Below, one piece after another: positions 1-13,313 of a stretch of 64,000 nt of DNA. Source of the DNA: Antedon mediterranea (lineage: Eukaryota; Animalia; Echinodermata); assembly GCF_964355755.1 (NCBI RefSeq), contig NC_092677.1, positions 9,074,101 through 9,138,100 on the forward strand, read 5' to 3'. How positions within the stretch are numbered: position 1 is the first letter of the stretch; each line of letters begins with the position of its first letter. A program made the translations under genes and the position numbers. Under the pieces are notes generated by a model. The model was not told where the DNA came from, searched no databases, and saw nothing but the letters and a program-made list of their open reading frames with translations.

Positions 1-82
1 TGAAATCATTTGACCAGGTGGATTAGAGGACTATGTAATGAAAGCATTTGACCAGGTGAATTAGAGGACTATGTAATGAAAG
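1..82. repeat. 38-bp minisatellite, cut by the window edge
   Basis: Unit TGAAA(T/G)CATTTGACCAGGTG(G/A)ATTAGAGGACTATGTAA occurs twice plus the start of a third. Confidence 0.9.
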
Positions 83-1463
83 TTAAATGTTCTCACACTG
101 CAACGCAAGCATAGTTGTGCTTGACTGAAAATTAGGCATAGCTTCAAACGAGCATATGTGATTGTTCTGAAATCATATGTACATCCCTAATACGTTTTTA
201 AAACATTGTTCTCGGTCAAGTTGTCCTTTAGTGCAACCATATTCCGTGGTCCTCTCCATGTTTAATATTTCTTTTAGCATTTAGAGTTTCAATCTATGAG
301 TATATAACCTCTTTGGTTTGATCAAAGATCCTCAAGTTTACATTCAAGCTAGTCCAAAGTAATGCTCAATATCATATGAAAAAGAAAATTACTAATCAAC
401 TTGATATCAGTATTTAATGTCAAATGAAAACAGGATGGTTCACACTGTCACAAACAGTGAGATCTAAAATGTATAATTTATGATGGCAGACTAGAATACT
501 TAATAAAAATGAATAAATTAAAATGTCTGAGATACTGGAATAGTCTGCCACAGTGTATTATGCTTCCAAGGTTTTGAGCATTAACAATGTTGACTATGAG
601 ATACGAAGAGTGAATTATATACAACATTGAAACAATAAAGATAGATAAAAATTTTGAAAATTAAAATGAACAGAGAAGGGATGAGATAAAGAAAAAAATG
701 GGTTATTAGAGGATGGAATGAAGAGATAATAGATCTTAAGCAGACAGGAACAGGGACATTTAGATTTTTATGTTGGCTGCTACCCTATTAAGTCATTTTT
801 CTGATAGGCCAATGCGCTAAACGACTGGCACGTCGACTGGCAAATTTTGAATGATCTCCGAAATGATTTTCTGAGAATGTAACTAAGAATGAATTTCAGT
901 CAAATCTAAGAGTCCCTAATAAGAGAGAATCAGGACTGATCGATACAAAAACTCAAATATGTAACAGTAAATAAAAAGTTTAGTGGCTGTCCAATTGAAT
1001 CCAATTTTTTTTAGTTTAGTTAGTTTAATCAACTGATGCTTAGTTTGTGAATTAATTGTAATAACTATATGTTTTCTACGGATATGAAGTTTGAAATATT
1101 AAGTGAAATAAATGAATTTCCATATTCACTTGAGCCCATTACATTTACCATTCCATAGGAACAATTAATATCCTTAACAACAGTATACCACCGAGTAATC
1201 AATTAACTAATGCAAGATTTTTCATAAATTTTAATGCACAATCCAACCATTTGCATACAATGTACCGGTAGGCCTACCTTTTTCCTACTAAACATAAAAG
1301 GAAAATCCATGAATCCTGTGGGACACTAATGTATAAAATCTTACACACCCCTCCTTCCGTTATTAAAAAATCTTCAAGGGAAGTGGGGCCTTGGGAATAA
1401 AAATGTTGAAGTCATAGTATCTGGGTTACCGCCAGAACAAATATATATACATATATATAATAA

Positions 1464-1634
1464 TAAATCCAAAGGCAAATTACTGAAAAAATGACAATGC
1501 TGTGGGTATCAGTGGCTGGATCTCAATGGAGATACCAAAAAAAAGTGAAAAGCTAAATCAAAACAATAAAGTGAAACAGCCAGAAAAGTTACCAGAACTT
1601 TCAGGCAACACTAGCCCTTCATCAGTGCAAGTGA
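1464..1634 (-). mobile_element. Hammerhead-bearing ~165-bp dispersed repeat (Penelope-like, non-autonomous), copy A
   Basis: Near-identical to 61971-62140. Minus strand reads GCA-CTGATGA-AGGGC-TAGTGTT-GCCT-GAAA-GTTC (stem III degenerate). Abuts an (AT)n tract at 1441-1460. Confidence 0.8.
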
Positions 1635-3561
1635 AGGAATTTGGATAACATCATAGTATAAGAACTGGTTTAAGTGCTGCCTGGGTGGACAGGAATAAAA
1701 GAAATACAACAAAAGGAGACAGGGTGGAGTCTGAATAAGAGTGGAAAACAAAGAAGGTAGCTCAGTAGAGATATAAACAGTTTATATTATTTATTTTAAA
1801 ACATTCACAACACAGCTAACATAGCATTGCTAGATTATAGAAAAAGGACCTCTTTCTATTTCCCTGACTGTTGGAAACTGTCAAAAATTGGATTCAGTCT
1901 ATATATAAGGAAATCAATATAATTTAGGTAACCACAAAGAGGAAAAATTAAGGAAAACTATCCTATATATAAGCATAAATGTTATTTGCATCTGCCTATA
2001 TCGCAGTTGTTTCCTTGAGGAACTTTTACAAATTGTAGCAAAGAAATACATATGTTCGCCAATCTCATCGGCCCCTTTTATACCTACAAACATAAATAAT
2101 GGTACCATTGACCACCAATTTGTCACAATAAATTTAAACAAGCATTTGATTATTCTGCAACTGGCCGCTGCATTCTCGGTAACAGCTATGAAACTTATCT
2201 TGTTATTCAAACTTCTGCTTAATGGTTAGTTCATAACAGCAGCAAAAGAGCATATAAATAAAATGTAGATTTCAGCACATTCTATAACTTGCCATGATTT
2301 TATTTTAATTCTTAACAGTTAATTAATTAGTTCCTTAATTCTTTTACAAAAGCTCAAGATTTGGCAAAAACTTGGTTTGGAAACAATTTTGTATCAAACT
2401 GTGTGATTTAAGATTTTAATCATTCTCTTGGAACAAGAGCTTACTTTTCAATCAAAAGGCTCTGGGACCTTAAAATGACACTTTAGCACTGTGTGACCAC
2501 ATCGACATCGATGTACTTTATACAGAAGGAATATAAAGATTTGAATTATTCAATGGGTTATAGCTAGTTTCAAAATCTAATCACCATTAATTCCTAACCA
2601 AGATCTATGGTTGCCGCAGGTATTAATTAACTTTTAACAACTAGAAATGGAAGGTGAACAAGTTTCAAATTATTCAGTTGCTATTTTAGATACCAAGATC
2701 AAAATTTAATTGTAGAACTCTTCCTTAACAGACCTAATGAAAAGACAAGAAGCAAATAATGTGCAACTAACTGACAGGAACTAAAGAAGAATACCGGTAT
2801 AGGATTATTTAGTAATGGGGTATACAATTTTCACAAACTTTCTCCTTTTTTTTGACTAAAATGTTGAACAATATTTATGTGTACGATTTTTTAAGATTAC
2901 ATTACAGTCATATAATCAAACAATTTATGTTTAAAGAAATAAAAGAAATTGTCAGTCATTTCACATGAAGTTAATCCTTGTAATAAAGGTGTATAAAAAG
3001 AAAAAAAACTTTAAATTCAATCAAAATCCTATTGGTTGGCAGCCAATTTGACTTTTTTTTGCTTTAAGTTTACAGGTTTACAGTTAAATATTTTTTTTAA
3101 TCTAATTTTTAGCAAAAGTAAATAACTATATGTAACATCAAAATGGCATATTCCAACAAAAAACAAAAATTTGAAAAAAATATTTTTTAGGGGACAATAT
3201 ATGTTTGAATATCTGTTTGAGTATATTTGCATACCTTCAAGATAATCAAAATATTATAATGTTTACAAGATATTATTACAAAAAATGACAATTGTTTAAC
3301 AAACCTTTCATACTAACCCACTATATAATTATCCTGAACCGGGAGTTTTTAGAGATTAATCTTGTTTCAGAACAAAATCCAATATTGATGATCCAGCATC
3401 TGAAAAATATAAAATGAGTTTTATGAATATATCAATCAATAAATCTTAAAGATGTATTGTCCCTCAAAAACATGAAAAACAAAGTTTAATAAAATCAGAC
3501 ATTGAATAGTTATGATTGATGAATGCACAATGAAAACAATCTTTTGCAGGAATTCCAATTG

Positions 3562-3948
3562 GAGAGCCAGGGAAGGACGGATGGGAGGAGAGAGGAAAGA
3601 GAGATGGGAGAAGAGAGGAAATAGGTAAGAGGGATGGGAGGAAAGAGGAAAGAGAGATGTGAGAACAGATGAAATAGGTAAGAGGGATGGGAGGAGAGAG
3701 GAAAGAAAGATGGGGGAAGAGAGGAAATAGGTAAAAGGGATGGGAGAAAGAGGGATGTGAGAAGGACAGAGAAGGAGGGATGGGAGTAGAGAGGGAAAAG
3801 GGATGGTTGTAGAGAGGAAAGAGGGATGAGAGAAGGAAAGAGGAATGAGAGAAGGACAGAGAAGAAAGGATAGGAGGAAAGAGGAAAGAGGGATGGGAGA
3901 AAGGCAGAGAAGGAAGGATGAGAGAAGAGGGAAATAGGAAGGAAGATC
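3562..3948. repeat. Polypurine GA-rich degenerate tandem repeat
   Basis: Recurrent GGGATGGGAGGAGAGAGGAAA-like units; the + strand is almost all purine. Confidence 0.9.
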
Positions 3949-5018
3949 AAATTAGAAAATCTATCTGATAATCATTTTTACAAAAGATGCAGTATTTGCA
4001 TTCCTAAAAGTGCATTATCACATATCTCCATCTCAACCATTCTTGCAATAAAGGATTGAATGCTTGGTCATAGACATATACCGGAATATGGCTGAGATCA
4101 GAGACTATAATTAATAATAAATTGTTGAAGAGTACAAGCTTTAATGTCGGCACTTTGTTAAATAATATTTATAAAAAGCCACAATTTCAGCAAAGACCAG
4201 TTATCCTGATTAATTTAGAAAATAATTTCATCAGGATTACTAGTATGACATTAGCAGGCTGTACTCAACACAATGCCATCTAAAACAATATTGAGGTAGC
4301 AATAGTTACATTACAGTTTAATTACAGTAGAAAGGAAGATTTTAATTTCAATCTATGTTGATAAACATAGAAAATGAAATGGATAATAACGTATTACTAA
4401 TTATATGAAATCTTTTTTAAAAAAGAATATTTCTTTTGGATTCATAGAATTAGAATCAGTTGGTTAATTATATCATGTCTAAAATTATTCAATAGAACAT
4501 ACAAACTATTATTGATTGAACAATTGGTTTTTGGTATTTATTTCAGTTTCTCTGCAAAATTAATTTTTGTCTATAGATATCCATCACAAGTTTGTAAATT
4601 ACACACAAGATAAAACAACTATGTATGGATGTTTGTATGTATAAATTTAAGTGTGTTGTAAATAACACTCCTGAAGGGCAGTTTAGGTGATCACACACAC
4701 TCACCTCAAAATAAAAGAGCCTGGTTTGGTATTTTACTTTTCTTTTTTAATTTCCTAATTTGTCATATTTTCAACATTTTTTCTTCTTGCTCATTAGTCA
4801 TATTTGTTGAGCACATAGAGGTATCGAATTGGATTCAAACACCATTCATTTACTGCTTTTCTGAAAATAGCTTAACATAAGAATATTACTAGCCATTACG
4901 GACAATAGTTTGATGGATAACCGTCTAGACAATACATGTCAATCATGGCGATTATTTGCATAGAATAGCTTCTATCAGGTGGAGTAGAAACAGGTTAGAG
5001 CATTATTATGATGTCCAG

Positions 5019-5024
<6 letters not shown>

Positions 5025-5055
<31 letters not shown>

Positions 5056-5274
5056 CATACTCATCCAACAGCGAGTAACCCGCCAATTACAGGATGGATA
5101 AACTATTTAAAATTTCACAAGACAAACATATACACAAGATGCTCTACATAAACAAAGACTTATTATTAAGTCTTTGGGAGTGGAGTTGTAAATTGTCATG
5201 AGAAAAAAACCCTGACATATGACAGGACTTGAACCCAGGACCCTTAGATTGGTAGCCAAGCCACAGCTCCACTC
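5025..5274 (-). mobile_element. tRNA-derived SINE, copy 1 (poly(A) tail)
   Basis: B-box GGTTCAAGTCC; head shortened by a deletion between two CTTGG repeats; core shared with 10611 and 18501; poly(A) seen as T-run 5025-5055. Confidence 0.85.
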
Positions 5275-7709
5275 CAATATTAAAGCAGCGAAGACTAATT
5301 TTGTTGAGGCCAGTTTCTGCCGCAATGAATAATCGTTTAATAATCTTTTTATTTAAATAATCAGTATAATGTCCAAGTGTAGTGTAGAAATTACATAGAG
5401 TTAGGGTGTGGGATTATACCCAATTTCATTAATCAATTATTTAATTAATTTGTCTCCAAATTTTGCCTAAATTAGGTGGCAAAAATATCAGTTATATACA
5501 CCAACACAACAGATAGCCAAGAGCACAATATTGTTAATTGGATCAACATAAAAAATTGACAAATAGATATTTTAGTTAAGTATCTGGTCCATACAAATTT
5601 GAGGCCTCTCAAGGTAGCCTTTTTTATGAGGTGAATATCATGCCATCAAATTATGTCAGCAATACCTTGATAATAAGTTTAGTGTGCAAATGTGATATAA
5701 CAAGCTTTGCATGGTGAAATGATATGTGGCTCACACTCAAGTTCTGTCACAGACAAGTCTCAAATTCAGACAATCAGCTGGTAGTGTTAATATGCAAGTT
5801 GACCTATATTCATTATTTAGGTTAACAGATAGATGGATTGATTTCTTATGTTCAACACTGCCCTTAGCAATAATCTTGGATAGAGTTAGTTTTGTATGCT
5901 CCATCTCTCCAATTGGAATTCAACAGAGCTTTATTAAATCAGTTTTTGAAAATCAATTGACTAAGAAAACACATCTATATTTACATCCCATGCATAATGC
6001 TATATCTCAGAGCAAACATAATTTTTATGTATATTTTACATGCAAATGACCATAAACAGAAATAATTTTCCACTGATGAATGAACACTTACAATAACTGT
6101 TCCATTTATATTAATACTTGCTCCAAATAGTGTACGATGTGAATCAGATTATTATGAACCTAAAATAACTTTTTTCCTAAGCATATACATATACAGTTCT
6201 CTCCCAATACTGGAACCTCTTGGGCTAGCCTAAAATGTCTGGTTTTCCAAGATATGTTTTTAAGTAAAACAAGAATTTGAACCTCAATGAAAGTCTGATT
6301 TTGGTAGTTTCTGGTTTTTTAGACAGTGTGCAATATTGCAAGAGTTAATTTTTTAAATTGACAAAATATTCCCTGCATCATATACAATTCAGAGCCACAC
6401 ACATTTTTGTATGGAAGGCCTACATTTTTTTTTTAAATTTGAAACCATTTTATTTGAGCTACTCAATTATAACTGCGATAATGGCAACTGGTTGTGACAG
6501 TTCACACGCACTGTACGATGCACTCATTGGCGTCCTGCCCTGAACACTTTAAATGAAAGGGTTTGCATGCTATCAGCCCTAACCATATGTACTTATGGCT
6601 GTGTGTATACATACTAGTCTGGAGCTGTATGATTAATCATTGTTTCAACAGAAGAACATAAAAAATGTCAATAAACAGCACTAAAGTCTCCAAATGAGTG
6701 ATCTACTGGTCTTGCTATCAGAAAAGTAAGTCAGTTTTTGTGGGACGACTTTATGAAATAAAGCTGGTTGAAAGGAGTTGAGTACTTGTTTTTTAGGACT
6801 GGGTCATGCTGACAGTTTAAATGGGTGTTTGTGTGAATGGTAATGAGCAGACTTTTCTTCTGGACATTAAAGGGACATTTGTTTTAGTTCCTAAAGAATC
6901 ATCCTTGTATAATAGATCCAAATTTCACCCAAAACAAGTATAACGAATTACCTTTAAAGTATAAATTACTGATTATGAAAATAAAAAGTTCTGACTAGTC
7001 TACATGGTAGACAGACTGATAAAATACACTTCAAATGATTGAAGATCGAATACAGTAGATTCACCAGAAAGTTTCCTCTTAATAGAGGTATCCCAAGGAG
7101 AGGTTCTACAGTCCTGAAGATTGTGCAGATAGTAGATGAAATTTGACTGTACTTTTTGCTAGGCAGAAATGGGCAAAAAAAAAATCTTATTTACTAGCAA
7201 TGCTCCATCTCGTCTCTACTTTAAAAAGCAAAATTCAGAAAAACGGAGGTTCTTTCGAATGAATATATGAAACAGGCTTGCCTCCCTGCATAATTATAAA
7301 TCATCAAATGGTTTCTTTTTGGGTGCAAATAGCCTGTGAATCTTCTTAAGTACAATTTACAAAATGTAGGCCTATCTATGTCCACATTTGGAACATAAAT
7401 GTATGAACAAATAATTCTACAGCATTTTTTTTTAATGTTCAGTGGATCCAGAAAGATGTACTGTATGGCATGGATATAATGTTTGAACTTTACATCTACA
7501 CAAACAATACAATTAGTAACCGCCACCATGGGTCTGATTTTTAGGTATATAAATAGAATATAGAATGTCCACATGGGAGCAACAAATCCATAAACTGAAT
7601 TAGCAGAATTTTGGTTGACCCTTCAATAACTTAATCTTTTCTGAAGTACAGTAGTGACATTAAACAATGCAATGCCATAGAAATATTTTCATATCATTTC
7701 AAGCAATAC

Positions 7710-7860
7710 ACGTTTTGGGTCCAACAAAGTGTACCCTAAATTGGGCGTTCCTCTGAATATAGTTTTACATAATATATATTTGTTGGTTTCATAGGTTACG
7801 TGTCCCCTAAATAAGGATGTCCCCTCAATGAAGATGGCCTCTTATAAAGGTTTTCCCTTA
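7710..7860. mobile_element. Decayed Tc1/mariner (pogo-like) MITE remnant
   Basis: Repeated GTGTCCCCTAAATA/GATGTCCCCTCAAT sub-repeats; a similar remnant TACAGTAG...GAGGTTCTAC at 7051-7111 resembles the TIRs of the 20977 MITE. Confidence 0.4.
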
Positions 7861-8556
7861 ATATACCTTGACTAGTGGTGTTCTAATGTTAAACTGATTG
7901 AAAATAAAGGAATCAAATAAATAAATGAGTTTCATTTTGTATTAAATTTATTTTCTTTCTAAAGGTTTATTTATAGAATACTATTCTAATTTTATAGGGT
8001 ACCAGCATTTAGAATCAAATTGTAAAATAAAAATTATAAAAGAAATTTTATAGTAAACTGAAGGGTAAAATACAAGATGTTGTATACTGTACATAGTCTC
8101 TGTAGTAAATTCAAATTCCTGGTAATTCAAATGCATTCATTATCACTAAGTTCAATATACTATTTGTGTTTCAATATTCAATAAATTCAATAGACTCACA
8201 GCAGCCATGCAATAGTTTATCAACTGATCATTTATACCGTAGTGAAATGCATAGTGGAGAATGTCTACTCCTATTTCTACTCAAGAAAGGGCGCTGTATC
8301 ATTTGTTAACATAGAGGGTGCTATTATAAAAGATTTCGGGCATTAGCGTCTATAGTAAATAACGAAAGTGTGGCATTTGCGCGTGTGCATTGTGGAAAAT
8401 GTGTAGCATTTTAAAAAAAATTTTTAAAAGAGTAGAGGCTAAATCATTCATAAATCGATTCACTATGGGAATGTTTTTAGTATCCAAAAGAATCGGAAAA
8501 TTCACCATTTGCAGAAGACAGGAGATTATTTGTGATTATCAGAGACTTCGGAGGTC

Positions 8557-8722
8557 TGCACATGAAGGGCTAGTGCTGCCCTGAAGCTCTGCTAACATTT
8601 CTGGCTGTTTTACTTTATTGTTTTGATTTAGCTTTTCGCTTTTTTTTTTGTATCTCCCTTGAGATCCAGTCACTGAAACCCACAGCATTGTCATTTTTTC
8701 GGTATTTTGCCTTTGGATTTAT
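8557..8722 (+). mobile_element. Hammerhead-bearing dispersed repeat, copy B (core damaged)
   Basis: TGCA-CATGA-AGGGC-TAGTGCT-GCCC-TGAAGCTC-TGC followed by the family body, ending TTTGCCTTTGGATTT. Confidence 0.8.
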
Positions 8723-8848
8723 ATTCAATTTTTATAAATTTCTGTATGCAGTGGTATTGTTCAACTGTATTAGTAGGCTTCAAAGTACAATTCTAAAATA
8801 TAACCATTTTCTTTTAAAAGCTTAACCGAAAAGTGTACAGTATTATAC

Positions 8849-9110
8849 CTGTATTGCCTAGGTGTGTCCCTTTGAAACAGATCTAGTCCAGACATCACAT
8901 GATCCCCTCATGACTATTCATGAAGTGGAATCGTCTAATACTGCCGATCGATAACTTAAAGGATGGTTAAAAGGCGAGATCATATTGACTGATAATTGTG
9001 ATTGGTATGTCTGGCTATGTGACTAGATGAGCTAAAGCGCTGATTCAAGATCGACTTCAAATAAACCGGAGTGGTAATTTAACACGTGTCTGACGTTCTA
9101 GCGACTTCGG
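8849..9110 (-). other. Candidate 5'UTR / first coding exon (262 nt) with uORFs; putative CDS start MSGLDLFQRDTPRQY at 8895
   Basis: Acceptor catttttcatttcaaattttag|C and donor CAG|gtataa; GC/CpG-richer than its flanks; only the ATG at 8895 stays open to the donor (phase 2). Confidence 0.55.
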
Positions 9111-9703
9111 CTAAAATTTGAAATGAAAAATGAATTCTGATATTAAATATGAATGTGATAATAATCTTATGCTAGATATAAGGTAATACAATAAGAATCT
9201 AGTTTGCTAGATATGGCTTATAATAGTACACTTATTAAACAGCAAACCCACAAATCAGGAGACACTGTCTCTTTATGATCACATTAGGGGAACTTGGGGT
9301 AACTTTACCCTATGTACCTAATTAGGGGGATTAAGTTTTACCTCATGTTTAGAAAGAACATGTAAAAAATACTCAACAAAAAAAATTAAACTGCAATTGT
9401 GGGTGTTGTGTTGGCCAAGTTTTCCATCAACGGTTATTTTTATTTCAATATCATATTGAGGATCAATAATACTAGAAGAATAAAATTATTCTTGTCACGT
9501 ATAAGACTATCAAACTAAAATATATAGTTAACAAGTAAACAGATAAAGTAAATGGCAATAAACAATGTAAAATAAGCTTTGGGAAGACTTTAAAGACGAA
9601 TGTCTACCCCTACTATCTATGAGGGTACAGCACAATGCCAAGAAGCATTACCACACAGCAAAACATCCCCTTTTAGATATGGGCTAGTAAGATTTATTTA
9701 TAA

Positions 9704-9832
9704 ATAGTCCAGTAGTTAACTAATTCAGTAGTTAACTAATTCAGTAGTTAACTAATTCAGTAGTTAACTAATTCAGTGGTAAACTAGTCCCGTAATCAAC
9801 TATTCCCGTGATCTACTAGACCAGTGGTCTAG
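9704..9832. repeat. 16-bp tandem repeat with palindromic core
   Basis: CAGTAGTTAACTAATT four times perfect, then progressively diverged copies; contains the palindrome TAGTTAACTA. Confidence 0.9.
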
Positions 9833-10112
9833 TATTTGATAAATAATATTTGACAATGGTTAGACAAATGAGCTTTTGGATCAACAACACACTGTATGAA
9901 GAACAATACAAGTGCTCACGTAATTAACTAGGTCACAACACAATCACAATCAATAACGATGTTTGTACAGGGTATAAACCAGACATAGCCTGAGGGATGA
10001 ATGCCGTGAAATGTTCAATATCATTATTTTAAGACTAGCTGGCCGAACAAAAAAGATGGAACCGGTTAACCATTCGGAATAATGAAAAGCGCGATATGTC
10101 AACATTGCTTAC

Positions 10113-10250
10113 AGAGAGAATCATACTTAAATTCTAAATAATGGAAACTATATATAACGTTTCACCGAAAAGTGTGACAGAACGCCATTTTGTAATACAA
10201 CAGCATGTGCTAATATAGACTGCAGCTTTATGGCGTGTATGCAAATGAGA
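10113..10250 (-). promoter_or_regulatory. Candidate promoter and alternative first exon
   Basis: YY1-type CGCCATTTTG at 10183, octamer ATGCAAAT at 10239, donor |gtaagc at 10112. Confidence 0.4.
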
Positions 10251-10610
10251 AATATTACCATGTAGAACATTAATTCTATAATCTTTGGTAGAGATTTGTC
10301 ACTATTCTTGTAAACAGATCATATTATAATCTCCACAGAAAATAATTTTATAGGATACACAATAACTTTCTCTTTTAGTTAGTTATTTCTTGCTTGTTAA
10401 ATGTTCAATGAATTGAAGAAATAAAATATTTTTAAAAATAAAATTTCTGTTTTTGATTAATTATTTGTTGAATTATTTTTATTCAAATCTTGTATATAGG
10501 AAGTAGAACAGCAATTCTCTGATTAGACTTCAAAATTTCACCATACAGTACCTCTGAAAACTAAATTTTTTTTAAATCACGATATCTGCACAAGTAACAG
10601 TTTTGAAAGA

Positions 10611-10823
10611 ATTTACAACTCCACTCCCAAAGACTTAATAATAAGTCTTTGTCTATGTAGAGCATCTTGTGTATATGTTTGTCTTATATGTTCTAGTGCA
10701 GTATATGGAGAGCCATCTCGATAGTGCTTTGCACTCATGGCAATCCTCAGGGTGCTGCACCGCTGTGTTGTCATGTATGTTTGCCTGAAAATTAAATAAA
10801 ATAAAATAAATAAATAAATAAAA
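10611..10823 (+). mobile_element. tRNA-derived SINE, copy 2 (5'-truncated, different tail)
   Basis: Core CTCCACTCCCAAAGACTT...GTTTGTCTT, then a unique structured tail and an (AAAT/AAAAT)n end. Confidence 0.85.
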
Positions 10824-11244
10824 TCAAAATTCTGTCAGTGAGAAAAACCTTTTTCTTAAAACATTAACAAATATGGTGTAAAAACTTGAGGAGCTTTACA
10901 ATCAAAAATCTTAAGGACCTATCAGTTTGATGCTTTAATATTGTTGCAATCTTATAAATTGCTATCCGATTTTGTCCATCTGAAAAGTAATTTGGTATCG
11001 CAGTAATCTACTTCGGTTTGTGTACATATTTTTTTTTGTTTTAAAGCGTTCAAATATTTTGTCCCCATTTGAAGAATCTACACTTAAATTCTTTCTTAGC
11101 CTTGGTTTTGAGTTGAATGTTTTTGCATCTGGCTTTTAATTTTTTTTTTTAACGTAACATTTTTATTTTTAGATTAACCTTCGTACATTGTTTCTAAATG
11201 CTTAAAGTCGTCAAAAAACAAAAAAATTATTTGTTGTTATTCTC

Positions 11245-11470
11245 GGAGATCGCGAGATGATCACACTTGTACAAAATGAAAGGAACATGCTCGTGAAATG
11301 TCTGTAGACGATCTGAGCATGCCTCATTACAAACGCTTACCTTTCCTTGAAGCTTTTTATCTAGTGTATTCTGATTGGAAGCTCGAATGAATAATTTATA
11401 GCAAAAGAATTTGTAGACGTGAAAAAAAAACTCTTTGAAATACATTACGGACGTTGGACAATCTGCCACA
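11245..11470 (-). promoter_or_regulatory. Candidate alternative first exon (donor at 11340) in a CpG-rich patch
   Basis: Strong donor AAAG|gtaagc; ATCGCGAGA (TCGCGA/BANP-like) motif at 11249. Confidence 0.45.
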
Positions 11471-12230
11471 CCTTAATAATAAAAAAAATTGTTTAAAATA
11501 TATACTCAATTCTAGGTAACTATAAAACTGTATAATTGAAATCGCAACATTTACCAAATTTGGTTATATCTGGGTAAATAGATATGTTAAGTAAATACTT
11601 GTTACAAAACGTTTCCATCATGAAGAAAATGTTTCCACGGAAGCAATTTTTATTTTTCGTTACTTTTTGTATTCCTTGGTATACTATCATTTTTATTGTT
11701 GCTTCGTAATCGGTTTGAAAATTAGAATGGTTTCAGAAATATAAAATATTTTTCTAAATTTTCAGATACGTAGAACATGAAAAACATGTGAATGCTGCAA
11801 TCGTTAAATGAAAATGGTAAATTCTTTTTGGATAGATTGGTTAATATAATCACTTCTCACAATTACATATGAAATAACCAGACAAGGTATGCTTTCGACA
11901 ATGTAAAAAAATGATGTCTGGGAATGTCTGCCTGAAAAATCAAATTGAAATAAAATCTTTCATAACCATCATACGACCTACGTCTAGGAATTCCTAACAA
12001 TAAACAAAACATTTAGTTTATATATCATCTATCATCACATTGCTAATAATATGCATGAAAAAAAAGGGTAGGTGAAAAGAACAAGATCTTAATCCTTAAA
12101 ATAAACGTACAATACACATTTTTTTCGCAAATCAATCGGCAAACGCGCGTTTGACACTCAACTAAAAAATGTAGGAAAAAATAACTTTATAACGTAATAA
12201 AGTAAAAGACTTATTTATAATATCACTTAC

Positions 12231-12430
12231 CTTTCAATATATTATACGAATCTAGATCCGACTATTCATTTTCGTGGAGAAAAAAAATTATGATGAGAAC
12301 AGCATGCGTGTATGTTTGAAGACACTTGTGTCACAAAATGGCGCAGATACGTCCAGGCTATCATTAAAATCCCGCGAGAACGAACAGGAGCACGTGTATG
12401 AATGTAGTAATGAATATGCAACAAATGTTT
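12231..12430 (-). promoter_or_regulatory. CpG-rich promoter and candidate first exon
   Basis: Donor AAAG|gtaagt at 12230; CAAAATGGCG (YY1) at 12334, TCCCGCGAGA at 12370, CACGTG at 12391. Confidence 0.55.
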
Positions 12431-13208
12431 GCACATTATGTTTGCATGTGGCGTCCGTACGTGCGCTAAAGCATGACAGAGTTTATATGAAAACAGGAGG
12501 CGCTACGAGTCTCTAACCCTATGTCTACTTTAGAATGTTAAACTATTCATGCATGGATGGTGATGTGCCTGGCTACTCTAGCCAATCAACAAACAAGAAA
12601 CGTAATTCAAGTTGACCTCTATGTCTGGGCGTGAAATATCTATTCATTCTTCTGGACTCTCGCAGAGAAAAAATCCCTAAACAAAAACGTTCATAAGAAT
12701 GTACCTAGTTGAGAACTTGAAATCCTAAAGCACACAAAATACGTAATAGTACATTCTTTCTTTGTGAACATTCAATGGCAAAAAATCTTGAATATCTGAA
12801 TCCTGGAATGTTGAATACAGAAGCGATTTTCGAAATCAGTTACAATGTATTATGTACCCAGCATGTTATTGCCTTAGTACCCATCCCAAGAGTATTGCAC
12901 AAGGAACATACATAGAGAAATAATAATCATTAAAGCATGTGTCTGCTTTGAATAATGTAATCATTCTTGACACGAGGTCATACACATAGAAACGGATTTA
13001 GCACAGACATCATTTCATATACCATCAATGTATTTACTCGCCAAAATATGTTGTCAATATTTCTAAGAGCATCTTGGAACAACCAACAAGCACTCCTATT
13101 TACTCATTATATTCTATAAACAAGGCAATATGGCGTCCACGAGATGACCAGGAAAAGCATGCTTCTTTCAGGCTAGCTAGCTTAGATCCATAGAATTCTA
13201 TAGTGACC

Positions 13209-13291
13209 TCATTGTGATGAACACACTACAATCTCTGCTGCTTCAAAACCAGACTGGATTGGGGTCATGGGTTCAGAACTCATGGGTGAGA
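13209..13291 (-). CDS. Candidate terminal coding exon ...SPMSSEPMTPIQSGFEAAEIVVCSSQ*
   Basis: Acceptor gtgttgtgttttatag; phase-1 frame open to TGA; Ser/Pro-rich peptide; parent gene not identified. Confidence 0.35.
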
Positions 13292-13313
13292 CTATAAAAC
13301 ACAACACACATAC

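Noticed and set aside
3510-3950. 146-aa minus-strand ORF (L/S/P/F-rich)
   Set aside because: Product of the GA low-complexity repeat; a pyrimidine-only strand lacks stop codons.
9704-9832. Possible CRISPR-like array
   Set aside because: Units are contiguous with no unique spacers, no cas genes, and the context is eukaryotic.
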